NCBI RefSeq assembly: GCF_963921235.1
Contig: NC_086097.1
Span: 133,488,001 to 133,552,000 of the forward strand
Origin: Mobula hypostoma
Taxonomy: Eukaryota
Direction: 5' to 3'
DNA length: 64,000 bases
In this document: positions 21,830-34,655 of the stretch, piece by piece
How the letters are laid out: each line of letters begins with the position of its first letter
How positions within the stretch are numbered: the first letter of the stretch is position 1
Position numbers and translations under genes: made by a program
The notes under the pieces: generated by a model
Told to the model about the DNA's origin: nothing
Seen by the model: the letters and a program-made list of their open reading frames with translations, nothing else
The model's database searches: none

Positions 21830-23015
21830 TGAGTAGCCTGTTTCAGCATCATCTCTGTTCCCAGGATGAGGCTTTCCTTTCCTCGACATTAGAGATGACC
21901 TCCTTAATCTAGAACAGTATTTTCCTTCATTCTCCACTAATGCTGCCGTCACCCACATGTTGTCTATTTCACGGACATCAGTGCTCACCCCATCTTTGGA
22001 CTGCCCTAACAGTGATACTGTTCCTCTTGTTCTCACTTACCACTTCATGAGTTTCCACATGCATCACGTCATTCTCCGTAACTTTGGCCATCTTCAATGG
22101 GATCTTACCACCAAACAAATATTTACCTTCTGAGTGCCCCAACTCTCATTTTTCCACAGGGATCACTGGCTCTGTGATTTTCTTGTTCATTCGTCCCTCC
22201 TGGCACATATCCCTGTAAGCAACAGAAATGCTACATTTGCCCATTCACTGCCTCTCTCACCGCCATTCAGAGCTTCAAACAGCCCTTCCAGGTGAGGCAA
22301 CACTTTACCTATGAACCTTTTGGGGTTGTTTACTGTATCTGCCTTTCCTGATGTGACTTCCTTTATTTTGGAGAGATCCAAGTTAATTTAGGGGACTACT
22401 TTCTCAAGCACTTCCGCTTCACTGCATTCATCCACAAAAAACCAGAATTTTTTGGTGGTCAACCATTTTCATTCCCATCTTCATTCTTATTCCTACATGT
22501 CAGTCCATGGCCTCCTCTTCTGCCATGATGAAGCCTCTCTCAGGGTGAAGGAATAACACCTCATATTCTGTCTAGGTAGCCTCCAACCTGATGCCAAGGA
22601 CGTTGATTTCTTTTGGTAATTGTTTTCCCTCGCTCTTCCCTGTTCTTGTAGTTCCCACTCTGGCTTCCTCTCCTCACCTGCCTATCACCTCTCCTTGCTG
22701 CCCCTCCTCCATCCCTTCCTCCCTTTCTCCCATGGTCCATTCTCCTCTCATATCAGATTCCTTCTTCTCCAGCCCTTTGCCTTTTCTGGCTATCACCTCC
22801 CAACTTCTTACTTCATCCCACCTCTCCCGCCCAGCTGGCTTCAGCTATCACCTTCTAGCTTGTCCTCCTTCCCCTCCCCCCACCTTTTTTATTCTGGCAC
22901 CTTCTCCTTTCCTTTCCAGTCCTGATGAAAGGTCTCAGCCCCGAACATTAACTATTTATTCATTTCCATAGATGCTGCCTGACCTGCTGAGTTCCTCCAG
23001 CATTTCGTGTGTGTT
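21830..23015 (+). mobile_element. Penelope-like element (Neptune-type): RT C-terminus, GIY-YIG endonuclease and 3' hammerhead
   Basis: Decayed VPLVLTYH, FGHLQWDLTTKQIF, FQVRQHFTYE, VVYCI.....C..LYFGE, EE*HLIFCLGSLQP; CAGTCCTGATGA at 22917-22928. Confidence 0.85.
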
Positions 23016-23141
23016 CCCCTTTTGTTTTGGCTTGATCTAACCATGGCACACTGTAGAAAATCCTGATATTGTATTAAATGCACTTCCATTATCTGGTTTT
23101 AATTTTCCATCTCTCTAAACATGATCGATCTCAGCATCAAA

Positions 23142-23392
23142 ATCACATCTACCCTCACATGAATGTGGAGCCCAGTCAGTCTTGTGGAATAGCAAAAGGG
23201 ATTCTTTTTAGCTATGTTGTGGTGATCACATCTACCCTCACATGAATGTGGAGCCCAGTCGGTCTTGTGGAATAGCAAAAGGGATTCTTTTTAGCTATGT
23301 TGTGGTGATCACATCTACCCTCACATGAATGTGGAGCCCAGTCAGTCTTGTGGAATAGCAAAAGGGATTCTTTTTAGCTATGTTGTGGTGAT
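23142..23392. repeat. Tandem repeat, 3 x 83 bp
   Basis: Unit starts ATCACATCTACCCTCACATG at 23142, 23225 and 23308; one substitution seen (copy 2). Confidence 0.97.
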
Positions 23393-24149
23393 GGTCAACA
23401 TGTTTTATGTGTTGTGATGGCGTTACTTTCATATATTTATCTGCAGGATATGATGTCACTGGCCATGCCAGCATTTATTGCAAATCTGTCACTGTCCTTG
23501 AATTCTCGGACTATCTTGGCCATTTATGTATGGAATAATCTGTCTGGATGGCACACAATCAAAAGCTTTTTGCTTATCTAGGTACATTTGACAACAATAA
23601 AGCAATTACCATTTCAGGGGGAGCTGAGATTAATTTAGTTGTAGATATGCCGACCAAATTAAAACTCGATTCGCTTACAGATGCCATTTTTAAAACTCTA
23701 ATTTATTTAATTAAATGGGTTATTTAATTCCTTAGTCAGTTGATTGGAACTCAAGATTTTAGATCCATAGGCTACCACTGCATAATGGACTAGTTTTAAG
23801 TCCTCATGATGAGATGATTTCCGGATGGCTATCTATGAGTCTGGGCTACCTATGCAAGGGAGGGAAGATCTGTTATAGTGACGACGTGCACGTTGTAAAA
23901 TGTCTAAAAAGTTAATTAAATTGTGCTTTATTTTCTAGTTAGAGTCCATTAAAATTCTCCAATGCAATTGTCTGCCCGTTCAGCAGAGCTACTGGGCACC
24001 AGTGATTTGTTTAAGACTCTGTAGGCATCAGAAGAAGGGATGTTTTTTGCTGCCTAGTCTGTGGAGAATTTTCTCTGAGATCACTGGAAACACTGTTGCT
24101 TCTAACTGCAAAATATTTTATATTTTCCACCTACTGCGGGTGAATCATG

Positions 24150-24740
24150 TGGGAGGAAACGGGAAGGGGGTGAGAGGAGGATCGAGAAGAGAGAGAAAAC
24201 AAAAGGGGAAAAAAGGGGACTGAGAGAGAGAGAGTAGGGTAGAGGAAGGAAGTAAGAGAGAGAGAGAGAGGTGTTCACATTTTAATTTTCCACCTGTCTC
24301 CTTCTGTCTCATTTGTCTCTCACTTACTCACCTCTAGTTTCCTTTCAATTACATTCACTCTCAGACCCCTCTCCCAGCATCTCCCTCCTTTTTGTTCCCT
24401 CCTTTCCCCACTCTCTTCTCTCCTTCCTCTCTCCCCTACTTTTCCCTTCCTCTAGTTGTCCACCTTCATTGCTCTTTCTCAGTCCATCTCCTCTCTTCCT
24501 CCCCCTCCCACTTCCACTCATTCCCTGCATTTTGTTCTCCCTTCTTTCTCTCACCCCCTCCCCTGCATTTTCTTTCCCTCTATTTCTTCACCTTACTCTT
24601 CATTTTTCTCTCTTTGTTCTTCCCATCATGCTCTCCCCTCATTTTCTCACCCCGCTTCTCAATTCTCCTACTCTCTCCCTCTCTTCTCTTCCCTCTCCCA
24701 CCCTTCCCCCATTGTTCTCTCTTTCACTCACACACACAAA
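24150..24740. repeat. Low-complexity purine tract followed by a long pyrimidine tract
   Basis: GA-rich 24150-24272; CT-rich 24290-24730. Confidence 0.9.
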
Positions 24741-25429
24741 GAGCTTCTCTGGCAATTCCCAACTTTCAGAGCTCAAGTGAACTGTGAGACTCCAGCCATG
24801 CAAACAGAGGGTTGGCTTGACTTCTTGCATGGACTCCTGAGATGAAGTGATTAATTTTATGGGTAATTAACGATTTTAATGTAAATTATTTAATTACACA
24901 CTTATAACTCTTTTAAGGTCAATTAGGTGACAGTAACATCAGTCAAAATTAAATTAAATTGCCTGCTGTTTAAAGGGGGACCAAGTAAACCTCTCATTAT
25001 AAATAAAATCTGAGGAAACTTAATGAACTGAATCAAAATGTTACTGCCTGTGTTTACGGCAGTTTCAGATCCTTCAGTGTATAGACACATGGTACACATC
25101 ATGTTTTCCCACTCCAGAAACTTCCAAGGCCTACAAAATGCCTCAAGGAGTTCCCTCAGAGTCCACTTGGAGAGGATTACATGCCTCAAACCCATGGGTG
25201 GGGTGGAGATTTGGTTACCAGACTAGGGACCCAGAGGTCTAGCCTCACAACTGGAAGATACATGCCTGACTCAAGGGTGGTGAATAATAATAATCTGGAA
25301 TCTGATAAATAGTCTTAGTAATGATAAAACTATTGGATTGCTTTAAAAATTCATTTGTTTATCTAATGACTTGCAGAGGAAGAAGACTACGAGCCTTACC
25401 CAGTTGGGTTTATGTGACTCCAAACCTAC

Positions 25430-25810
25430 TGTACCTTTGGTGCATTGGAGGCTGAGGAGAGACATGATGAAATTTTATAAAATTATGTGAGGCATTGATA
25501 GGGTAGACAGTCAGAATCTTTATCCCAGTGAAGAGATGTCTAACACTAGAGGGCATACATTTAGGGTGAGAGGGGGAAAGTTTAAAGGAGATGTACAGGG
25601 TAAATGATTTGTTACACAAAGAGTGGTGAATTCCTGAAAAAGTATGCTAGGGGCTGTGGTGGAAGCAGATACAACAGGCTGTTGGATGCTTGCATGGGGG
25701 GGATATGGATCATGTGCAGGCATAAGAAATTTGGTTTAATTTGACATTATGTTTGGCACAGGCTTCATGGTTCTAAGGGCCTGTCCCTGTCTTGTTCTAT
25801 GGTCTATCTT
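25430..25810 (+). mobile_element. CR1 3' end
   Basis: RRLRRDMMKFYKIM.GIDRVD, FKGDVQGK.FVTQRVV. Confidence 0.8.
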
Positions 25811-26097
25811 TTATTTCTTGTTTCATTACAACATAGAAGGTGGCCTCTCGGCCCACTCTGTCTTTGCTAGCTCTCAGAGCAATCCCATTACTCTACTTGT
25901 TTGTTTCTAAAGCATTTTCTCTCAAATGCACATTAGCACTGCTCTGATTCTCCTATCCCCCACCTCATATGGGTAATTTACCATGGCCAGTTAAATGAAG
26001 AGCATGCCCTGGAGTACATGGGAGGAAACTGGAGCACCAGCAGAACATGTAAACTCCACACAGACAACTTTGCAGGTTAAGATCAAACCCAAGATGC

Positions 26098-26610
26098 TGA
26101 AATACATCCTAGGATCCTAGAATACGCTGGGACACATCGTCAGTGAAGTAACCTGGGGTCATTGGGTGTTTTTGGTCAGACACTCTCACTCAGGTGACCC
26201 AGCCAGGGATGATCAGGCCCTGGCTTGTGCCCCAGTAGCATTGGTCCACGAGTCACACCTCTTGATTCATAGCCATCTGAAGGCTCGCTCAGCAGTTTCT
26301 GGGACTGTCCTGGTGGCTCTTTTCTTTGCAGCCTCTGTAATGCAAAGGAGAAAGTAGATGCTGCAGAGCGAGCAACCAGCAAAACCTCTACACCCCACCT
26401 CTTTAAGCTCACATCATGCCTTCTCCCTGGTGTCTGGCACTGCTGTATACCAGCTCCTGGTATTTGGCTTATCTTACACTCAAACGTTTCCTCAATCTGG
26501 TCTTCCCAAGGAACTGTCAGTTCTACCATGACTACCTGACAGAACGATCATGTCTGGCCTTGGGCATGATGGTGCGTTGAAGCCAGGGAACTTTCGAGAC
26601 TGAGCTGAAA
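26098..26610 (-). mobile_element. HERO/NeSL-type non-LTR retrotransposon 3' end (restriction-like endonuclease)
   Basis: RPDMIVLS...VMVELTVPWEDQIEETFECK and EVGCRGFAG on the minus strand (PD-(D/E)xK RLE signature) plus 3' UTR. Confidence 0.85.
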
Positions 26611-26814
26611 AGCAGCTACACTACCTGATGGATTTCCCTTTTTACTGTCCACGTGTCAAAAAAGGTGACAGATAATCAATGAGAATGTTCTTGACATGGC
26701 GTATTTATTTTGACAGTAGAATATGTAGTCAAGGCAAAACTTCTTTGAGATTTGTGATTGATTTGAACTAACTTGTTCAGAACATTGTACTTCTGTAAAA
26801 GCATGCACCTGTTT

Positions 26815-27180
26815 ATTTTAAGCACAAGGGATTTTGCAGATGCTGCAAATCCAAAGCAACACTTACAAAATGCTGGAGGAACACAATAGGTCAGGTAGCA
26901 TCTATGGAAAGGAATGAAGAGTTGACATTTCAGGCTGAGACCCTTCATCTGGACTGGAAAGGAAGGGGGGCAGAATACAGAGGTGGGAAGAGGGGAAGAA
27001 GTATAAGCTAGAAAGTGAGGGAGGATGAAATGAGAAGCTGGGAGGTGATAGTGGAAAAAGTAAATAGCTGAAGAAGAAATCTGATAGAAGAGAAAGTGGA
27101 CTAGGGAGAAGGGGAAAGAGGAGGGGCACCAAATGTGATAGGTAAGTAAGAAGAGAAGATGTAAGAAAGGGGCCAGAACA
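26815..27180 (-). mobile_element. Penelope-like 3' end with degenerate hammerhead
   Basis: Minus strand CCAGTCCAGATGAAGGGTCTCAGCCTGAAATGTCAAC and GATGCTACCTGACC..TTCCTCCAGCATTTTG. Confidence 0.8.
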
Positions 27181-27639
27181 TTGACATGTGTTGCACCAGT
27201 TTATTTGCCATTTTGCATTTTTCACTAAATGTACTGTTTTAAGTTTGTACATTTTGTCCCTATCCTCACCTACTAACTTTTCCTTTCACCTTTTCGCTAT
27301 CACACCTTTGCTTCTTCCTGCATTTTTTTCCAGACATCATCCTGAAAATTCCGCTCAACACTCTCTGCAGTGCAGCTACCACTGGATGTGAAGCCACCTT
27401 GAGTGTCTTGGTGTATTTGATGCATCTTGTTTCAGACTTGACACGGCTGCAGACCGCCTGAGATAAACCAGCAGCAACTTTCAATCTTCAATAGCAATCT
27501 TTGGCAGACACAAAAGAGGTTTCACATAAACCATTAGGCCTGGAATGAACATTTATCGTGTACCCAAGTTTGAGTTTGAATCTCAACAAATCAGGATGCG
27601 TTTGCTACTGTTAGTTGGTTTTCAAGCAAAGGGCAAAGA

Positions 27640-27860
27640 TAAACTTGCATTTTTATTGCACTAGTGACAGTCAGGATCCCTTTGAAGTGAACTTAATTGC
27701 CGTTTGCCATAGGAAGTATGGAAGACAATCTGCATACAGCATTGTCTCACAAACAGCAATGTGATAAATGACCAGATCATATTAGTGGGAAAAATATTAG
27801 TTGTGATATTCCTCCATTCCCACCCCACCCCCCATTCTTTCTTTCATGAGTCATTTCTGA
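27640..27860 (-). mobile_element. Deu-domain SINE relic (SacSINE1/AmnSINE1-like)
   Basis: CACAAACAGCAATGTGATAAATGACCAGAT and TTTGAAGTG match the reverse Deu domain as I recall it. Confidence 0.55.
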
Positions 27861-27977
27861 TGCTACAAGTAAAACAAACAAAATACTGGGAACGTTTGGC
27901 AAGTCACACAGCAGCTGTGAAGAGTACGCTAACGTTTCAGCTCAAGGATTCTGTCTTCCGTTACAGTAACAAGGAAT

Positions 27978-29822
27978 TTTAAGGGTCTTTTTCGAGAAAA
28001 TTTCACTAATCTTTTAAATCATACAAAACAGAGTTTGGCACAGTGGTCACCCCTGTCCATATCTCTGTTAGGTCAAATTAATGTTGTTAAAATGTATATC
28101 CTTCCTAAATTTTTATACTTATTTCAAACTACACCAATTTTTCTTCCTAAAGCTTTTTTGATTCATTTAGATTCTATTATTTCATCCTATCTGTGGAAGG
28201 GCAAACGCTCCAGACTTTTAATAAAGTTCACCTTCAAAAACCTAAAAGGGAAGGTGGCATGGCCTTGCCTAATTTTCACTTGTATTACTGGGCAGCCAAT
28301 ATATGTTGTCTTACTTTTTGGTTTTGCTTTTATAATTAGTCTAACTGCCCAAAATGGGTGGCAATGGAGTTGAACTCTAATAAGGATTTCCCCATTTCTG
28401 CATCTCTTGGATCTGCACTTCCTTGTCATTTGCCTAAACTAATTGTTAATCTTCTCATTAGACATACTCTGAGAATACGGGCTCAGTTCAGAACATATTA
28501 TGGTCTTCACGGTTTCTCTTTCTCTAGTCCTATTTTACATAACCATCTTTTCCGACCTTTTATGCAAGACTTAACATTTCATGTCTGGTACAGAAAGGGC
28601 ATTAAGCGCTTTGAAGATCTTTTCATAGATAATCTCTTTGCAACTTCTGAACAACTGTCTGCAAGGTTTAACCTACCTAATACTCATTTTTTCAGGTATC
28701 TTCAAATTAGACATTTTATTAACCCTTTAATACCAAACTTTCCTGAGATGCCCGAAAAAAATGTTGTGGACTTGTTTTTTTGTATAAATCCATCAAGTAA
28801 AGGTTTAATATCTACTATTCACGATAAGTTAATGACCTTGAGGCATGTCCTCTTTGATAAAATTAGAACTGCCTGGGAGCATGATTTAAATATTTCTCTA
28901 TCTGATGAGGTTTGGGATTCAGTTCTTAATTCAGTTAACTCAACCTCTTTATGTACTCGCCACTGTCTTTTGCAGTTCAAGGCTGTACATAGGGCTCATA
29001 TGTCTAAAACTAAATTATTGCAGTTTTATCCTGATATTAGTCCCTTTTGTGACAAGTGTAAAGGGGGCGAGGCTTCTCTTATCCATATGTACTGGGCTTG
29101 TCCTAGTTTGGAGAAATTTTGGAGAGAAGTCTTTTTAACTTTATCCCATATTCTTAATTGCCACTTAGAATCTAACCCTTTTATTGCTCTTTTTGGCACC
29201 TCAGGTGAAGTTGACATGCATTTGAGTCCAACTAAACGTTGAACATTATCTTTTGCCTCTCTTTTGGCTAGACGTTTAGTTCCTAGGTGGAGAGATGTTG
29301 CCCCCTCCCACTCATGCTCAACGGTGTAGAAACATTATGTCCCGCTTAGACCTTGAAAGGATTCATTATTCACTTCTTAATTCGGACATAAAGTTCCATA
29401 AGGTGTGGGGACCTTTTCTTGAATATTTTCATAATTCCTCTTTAGATTAAAGGTTTATCCTCCTTTTTTTGTATTTTATTCCCTTACTTTCAGCTTTTTT
29501 TCTGGTTAAGTTTTACGGTTTTTTTCATGTGAAATATATTACAGTTTAGGTAGTAGGCAATATACTTTTTTTATATTTACAGCTCTGTGGTGACAAAAGC
29601 TCTGTTTACCTTTTCTTTACATCAAAATGGTTGGCCTGGAGTTGTGTAGTGGGAGGGTGGGGAGGATACTAACTTTATATGATTTTATTTTGGGTGCTTT
29701 TTCTTTATTGTTACGAATTGTATATTAGACATGTTTGTTCTGCACTGTATAAACCTCTTTTTTGCTGGTGGGTTTCTTTGGTTGCACTGTAGGAACTCAT
29801 AAAAAAATTAATTTAAAAAAAA
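27978..29822 (+). mobile_element. L1-clade LINE, 5'-truncated (ORF2 C-terminal part and 3' UTR)
   Basis: WSPLSISLLGQINVVKMYILPKFLYLFQ, FFRYLQIRHF, QFKAVHRAH, CDKC....ASLIHMYWACP (CCHC); A-rich tail. Confidence 0.9.
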
Positions 29823-31395
29823 GATCGGTCTTCCGGAGGGTGAACCCATGGAAAGCATCAGGCATCAGATGTATTCTTAGATCCCACACGGATCAGCTGG
29901 CAAGGGTATCTGTGGACATTTTTAACCTCTCCCTGCTTCTAGGTATAGCTCTCCCCTGAGTTAAGAAGGTGATTATCATCCTGATACCCATGAAAAGCAA
30001 GATAACATGCCTCATGACTACCACCCATTGGTTCTGTCATCTACCATCATGAACTTCTTTGATAGCCTGGTTGTGGCCTGCATCAGCACCAGTTTTCCAG
30101 TCAACCTCAACCCACTGCAAGTTACCTACTGCCAAAACATATCTACGGCGGACACCATCTTCCTGACCCTACATTCATGCCTGGAGCAGCTGAACAGCGA
30201 AGGCACCTACATTAGACTATTCTTTATTGACTACAGCTCTGCCTCCAATACTATTATTCCAAGCAAACTCATCACCAAACTCCGGACCCTGGTTAACGCT
30301 TCACTCTGCAATTGGATCCTTTACTTTCTGACCAACAGACCACAATCAATAAGGATAGGCAGCAAAACTTCTGTCATAATTATTCCATGCACAGGTGCTC
30401 CACAAAGTTGCATTTTTAGCCCCCTGCTCTACTCCTTGTGCATTCATGACTGTTTGCCCAGATTCAGCTCTAACTCCATCTACAGGTTTGCTGATGATAC
30501 CCACTATAGTGAGCTGCATCTCAAATAATGATGAGTTGGAGGACAGGAAGGAGAAAGAACTTACTGATACAGTGTCATAACAACAACATTTACCTAAATG
30601 TCAACAAAACAAAAAGGCTGTTTATTGAGTTCAGAATGGGGAGTAGTACCCATGCTCTTGTCTACATTAATGCTGTTGAGGTTGAGAGGATTAAGAGCTT
30701 CAAATTTCTTGGTGTGAGCATCGCCAATAGTTTGTTCTGGTCCAACCATGTAGGCACCGTGGCCAAGAATGCTCACCATCGCCTCTACTTTCCCAGGAAG
30801 CGAAAAAAAATCAGCATGTTCCTGTCGACTCATGCTGATTTTTATGGATGCACCTTAGAAAGAATTCTGTCTGAATGGATAACAGTTTGATGTGGCAAAT
30901 GCTCTGCATGTGATGACAAAAATCTGCAGTGAGTTATGAACACAGCTCAGCACATCACAGGAACCAGTCTTTCTTTTATGGACTCTGTCTGTACTTCTCA
31001 CTGCCTCAGTAAAGCAGCCAGCATTATCAAAAGTCCCCACCCAACCCAAACACGCTCTTTTCTCCCCTTCCCCATTGAGCAGAAGATACTAAGATTCAAA
31101 AGCATGTACTACCCAGCTCAAGGACAGCTTCGATCCCACTGTTATCAGAGTCTTGAATAGCCCCTTTGTACAATAAGATGGACTCTTGACCTCACAATCT
31201 AACTCATTATGATCTTGCATTTTATTATTTACTTACACTGCACTTTTCTCGGTAGCTTTTACACTTCATTCTGTATTGTTATTGTTTCAGCTTATTCCAG
31301 CTCAATGCACTGTGTAATGATATGATCTGTATGAACAGTATGCAAGACAAGCGTTTCCCTCTATCTTGATATATGTGACAATAATAAACCGACAC
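29823..31395 (+). mobile_element. Rex1/Babar LINE, decayed RT through 3' end
   Basis: DQLARVSVDIFNLSL, YIRLFFIDYSSA.NTIIP, CNWILYFLTNRPQ, YRFADDT, SFKFLGV, AHHRLYF. Confidence 0.9.
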
Positions 31396-33669
31396 CAAGT
31401 ACGTATATGCACAGTGCAACATACTTGCCGTGGCACATAGTATCAGCTATACAACATTTAGAAGAAAACATAAATTATACATCATTTTCACAAAATCAGT
31501 TTGACCAATCCCAGTGGAAAGGCTAAATGTCCAAGATGGTGATTTTATCTTTAATTTCTCTGGGTAACATCCATTACTGAATCCCTGGTATAAAATTTCT
31601 TCCCAAGTTTGCTTCTGGCTAGTTTTCCAACAGCCCATATAACACCATGCTCAGAGTAAATCATCACGCACAGTGTTTCAAGTCCTTTTGACATAATAAG
31701 CATAAATGCAAACCTTATGTTTTCATAAACCCAATACATAAATAAAAATGGAGCAAGCTCAACTGGTTCAGTTTAGGAATTGAATTTACCACAGATTTAA
31801 TGGGCAAATTTGTCAAGGCAAATATTCCCTGAGACGTGGAACTGATTGAGAAATAATTTTATAAGTGGCTGCAGATGTTGTTTTGTGGGTGGAAGTCTCA
31901 TAAGTATCTGGAATCATTTGTTGTTTTTGCTTTGTTCTTTGGGGCTGTATTGTACATTGATAGCAGCAGAAGGAAAAACCTTTATTGTTTTCGTCAATTT
32001 CCCTGAGGCACCATCCTGTAATTGAAATGCACTGAAATAAATTGTTTGTAAAAGGCATTACACAGGGAATGTTAGATTCAATCTGGTTTGTACCGCAGAC
32101 TTCGTTTTGTGGAGGGTTAGGAATTGCAATGTAGTCTCCTAAAATAGTTTTGCATGCATTAAGGTTAAGGACTCAAGAATGGATTGCAGTAAAACTGTTG
32201 CACAGGAGATCAGTGTGCATTTTGTGTTTGGCACTTACACGTTTTGGATCTTATATGTTACAATAAAATTCTTTCTTATTCTGCTGAAGCCAAATAATTG
32301 AAGGCCAACCTACTATATCATCAAGGAGAGTCAGGACAATATGGTGTCTGGGTGAGGTAGGATTGCATGTAGGGATCACATCAGGACATCAGTATTTTGG
32401 GACCACAGCTGGTAGGAGGGACCCAATAAACATCCACAGCAATGTTCAGGGAGTGGAGGGAGTTGGTATAAAGGATGAGGCAAGACTTTAAACAGAGTTA
32501 TCTTCAGCTGGGTCCTAAGTTGTCCTCCTATTTATCTGCTCCGATACACATCTCGTCTCTCTTAAGGGAACACATTTCTGACTGAGTCATCAGTGCAATT
32601 CATGACCCTTTACTGTAAAGTGGAATAGTGGGAAGTGCAATCAAACCATATGTTGATTTTTTTAAACCTTCTCCTCAATGGATCAATCACTGTATTTACA
32701 TCTTGAAAGCTCCAATTCTGACTTGTTATCAAGAGAAATTATATCTCCCACAATGGAATATTCTTCTTTTGTTAACTGAGGATAAATGATGGGTTGAATG
32801 ATTTAAATTAAGTTTTCTTAATACAATAAAGATGGATATTGGACTCTTTTGAAAGTTTATTCAGCCTGCAAATTGTTTTAATGTTTTTCTCATGTAGAAA
32901 TTTTATATTCCAGCAGCCTCCAGAGTATTTAGAGGATATTTCAAAATTCAAACCTCTGTCCACTGCTCCTTGTTCATTGCCTTCACTCTAAAGGTTCAAA
33001 GGTTAATTTATTATCAAAGCATGTATGTAGTATACAATGCTGAGATTTGCTTTCTCCAGATCACCACAAAACCAAAAAAAACATGAAAATTGTTCAATGA
33101 AAAACATCAATATCTCCCCACACAAAAAATTAAATCTTGCAAATGCCAACACATTCATCAGTTCCCCGTTGTATGAAAAAGATCACACAAACAGCAACAA
33201 ACGTCAAACCCCACCCCACATGGAAAAACAAATCGTGCAACGGCACTACTCCCTATATCCTACTGCCCTCTGTCCCTTACTTCCGTTCTTTTGCTGCTCA
33301 CTGACCATCTCCCCATGTGCCTCTGTGTATTGTCTTATGTCCACTCTCCACTGCTGTCTGCCCATGGCCCTCATCCTTCTTACCTTTTGTTCACTACACC
33401 CCACTACGATTCTCTGCCCACCATCCTCTGCCTCTCCCTACCACCTTCCATTCACAATTCAAAATCCACGGTGTTGGCGTTCCTGCAAAGGAACAACCTA
33501 TAAACTGGCTGTGGATGAAAATTCCATAACAACTTCCAAATAAAAGGGGTTAAATGTCTGTACAAAGAGAACAGATTCTTTAGTACTGTGTCATTGTATG
33601 AGGGTGATATACTTAGGAGAAAGTACTTGTCAGCACTTTTAAAAGAATAATAATTAACCATCTTCCATG

Positions 33670-33890
33670 ATCACAAAACAAACATCAGGTCAGGCAGCAA
33701 CAATGGAAAGGAATAAAAAACGATGTTTCTGGCCAAGATTCTTCATCCTTCTTTGGACAAAGGATCTTGGCCTAAAACTTTGACTGTTTATTCCTCTCCA
33801 TAGATGCTGCCTGATCTGTTGAGTTCCTCCAGTATTTTGCGCTTGTTGCTCCGGATTTCCAGCACCTGCAGAATCTCCTGTGTTTACATC
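33670..33890. mobile_element. Inverted pair of Penelope-like 3' ends
   Basis: 33678-33748 is the reverse complement of 33755-33825 (diverged); both contain decayed hammerhead remnants. Confidence 0.7.
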
Positions 33891-34289
33891 CCGTGATCAT
33901 ACACTGGGTTCAGTTTAACTACTAGAATATGTCAATAAAGTTCCTGCTCACTCACCTATTGCTCATCAAGATACCATACAGATAGCAGGTCTTTGGAAGA
34001 AGACTGCAAACTTACACATGCTTTCAATGATAGGCTCTGAAGTATGACAATTTCAAGGAGTTCATAGCAAAGCAACAGTACCAGTGAGTATTTGAATTCA
34101 TCTGTCATTTGTCTCAACAGCTTGTCAATAAATGGCACAGGATTTTGTTATTCTGCTATAGTAATACCAACATTATTAAATACCAAAGAAATGCCAAGCA
34201 CTTTTTATATTATAGAATTATAGAATCTTTGGTCCAGTGTATTCAGACCGGCCATCAAGTAGCTATCCATATTAATCCCATTTTCTCAC

Positions 34290-34655
34290 ACTTAGAGTCA
34301 TAGTCAAGTAACATGGAAACATGACAAACTCATCCATGCCAATTAAATTGCCTAAATGGATGAGTCCCATTTGCTTGCATTTGGCCCCTGTCTCTTTTAA
34401 CCTCTTCTATCCATCTCCCAATGCCTTTGAAATATTATAACTACAGCCAACACTGTCACTTCCTCTGGCAGCTTGCTCCATATACTCAGCAACTTCAGTG
34501 TGAAAAAAATTGCCTCTCAAGTCCCTTTTAGGTCTTCTCCCTCACTTTAAACCTATGTCCTCTAGTTTTGGACTCCTTGACCTTGGGAAGAGACTCTTGA
34601 GAAGAGACTTTGGCCACTCACTTTATCTTTGCCCCTCATTATTTTATAAACCTCT
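34290..34655 (-). mobile_element. CR1 3' end
   Basis: AGAGTCATAG tail and typical reverse CR1 terminal region. Confidence 0.7.

Noticed and set aside
23142..23392. Repeat-spacer array
   Set aside because: The entire 83-bp unit is duplicated and there are no variable spacers
24313..24845. Several overlapping ORFs of 129-155 aa
   Set aside because: Artefacts of the stop-poor CT-rich tract (S/P/L/F-rich translations)
27334..27461. Possible terminal exon after a strong polypyrimidine tract and CAG
   Set aside because: The translation (IILKIPLNTLCSAATTG...) is unrecognisable and no partner exons were found; RNA-seq would be needed
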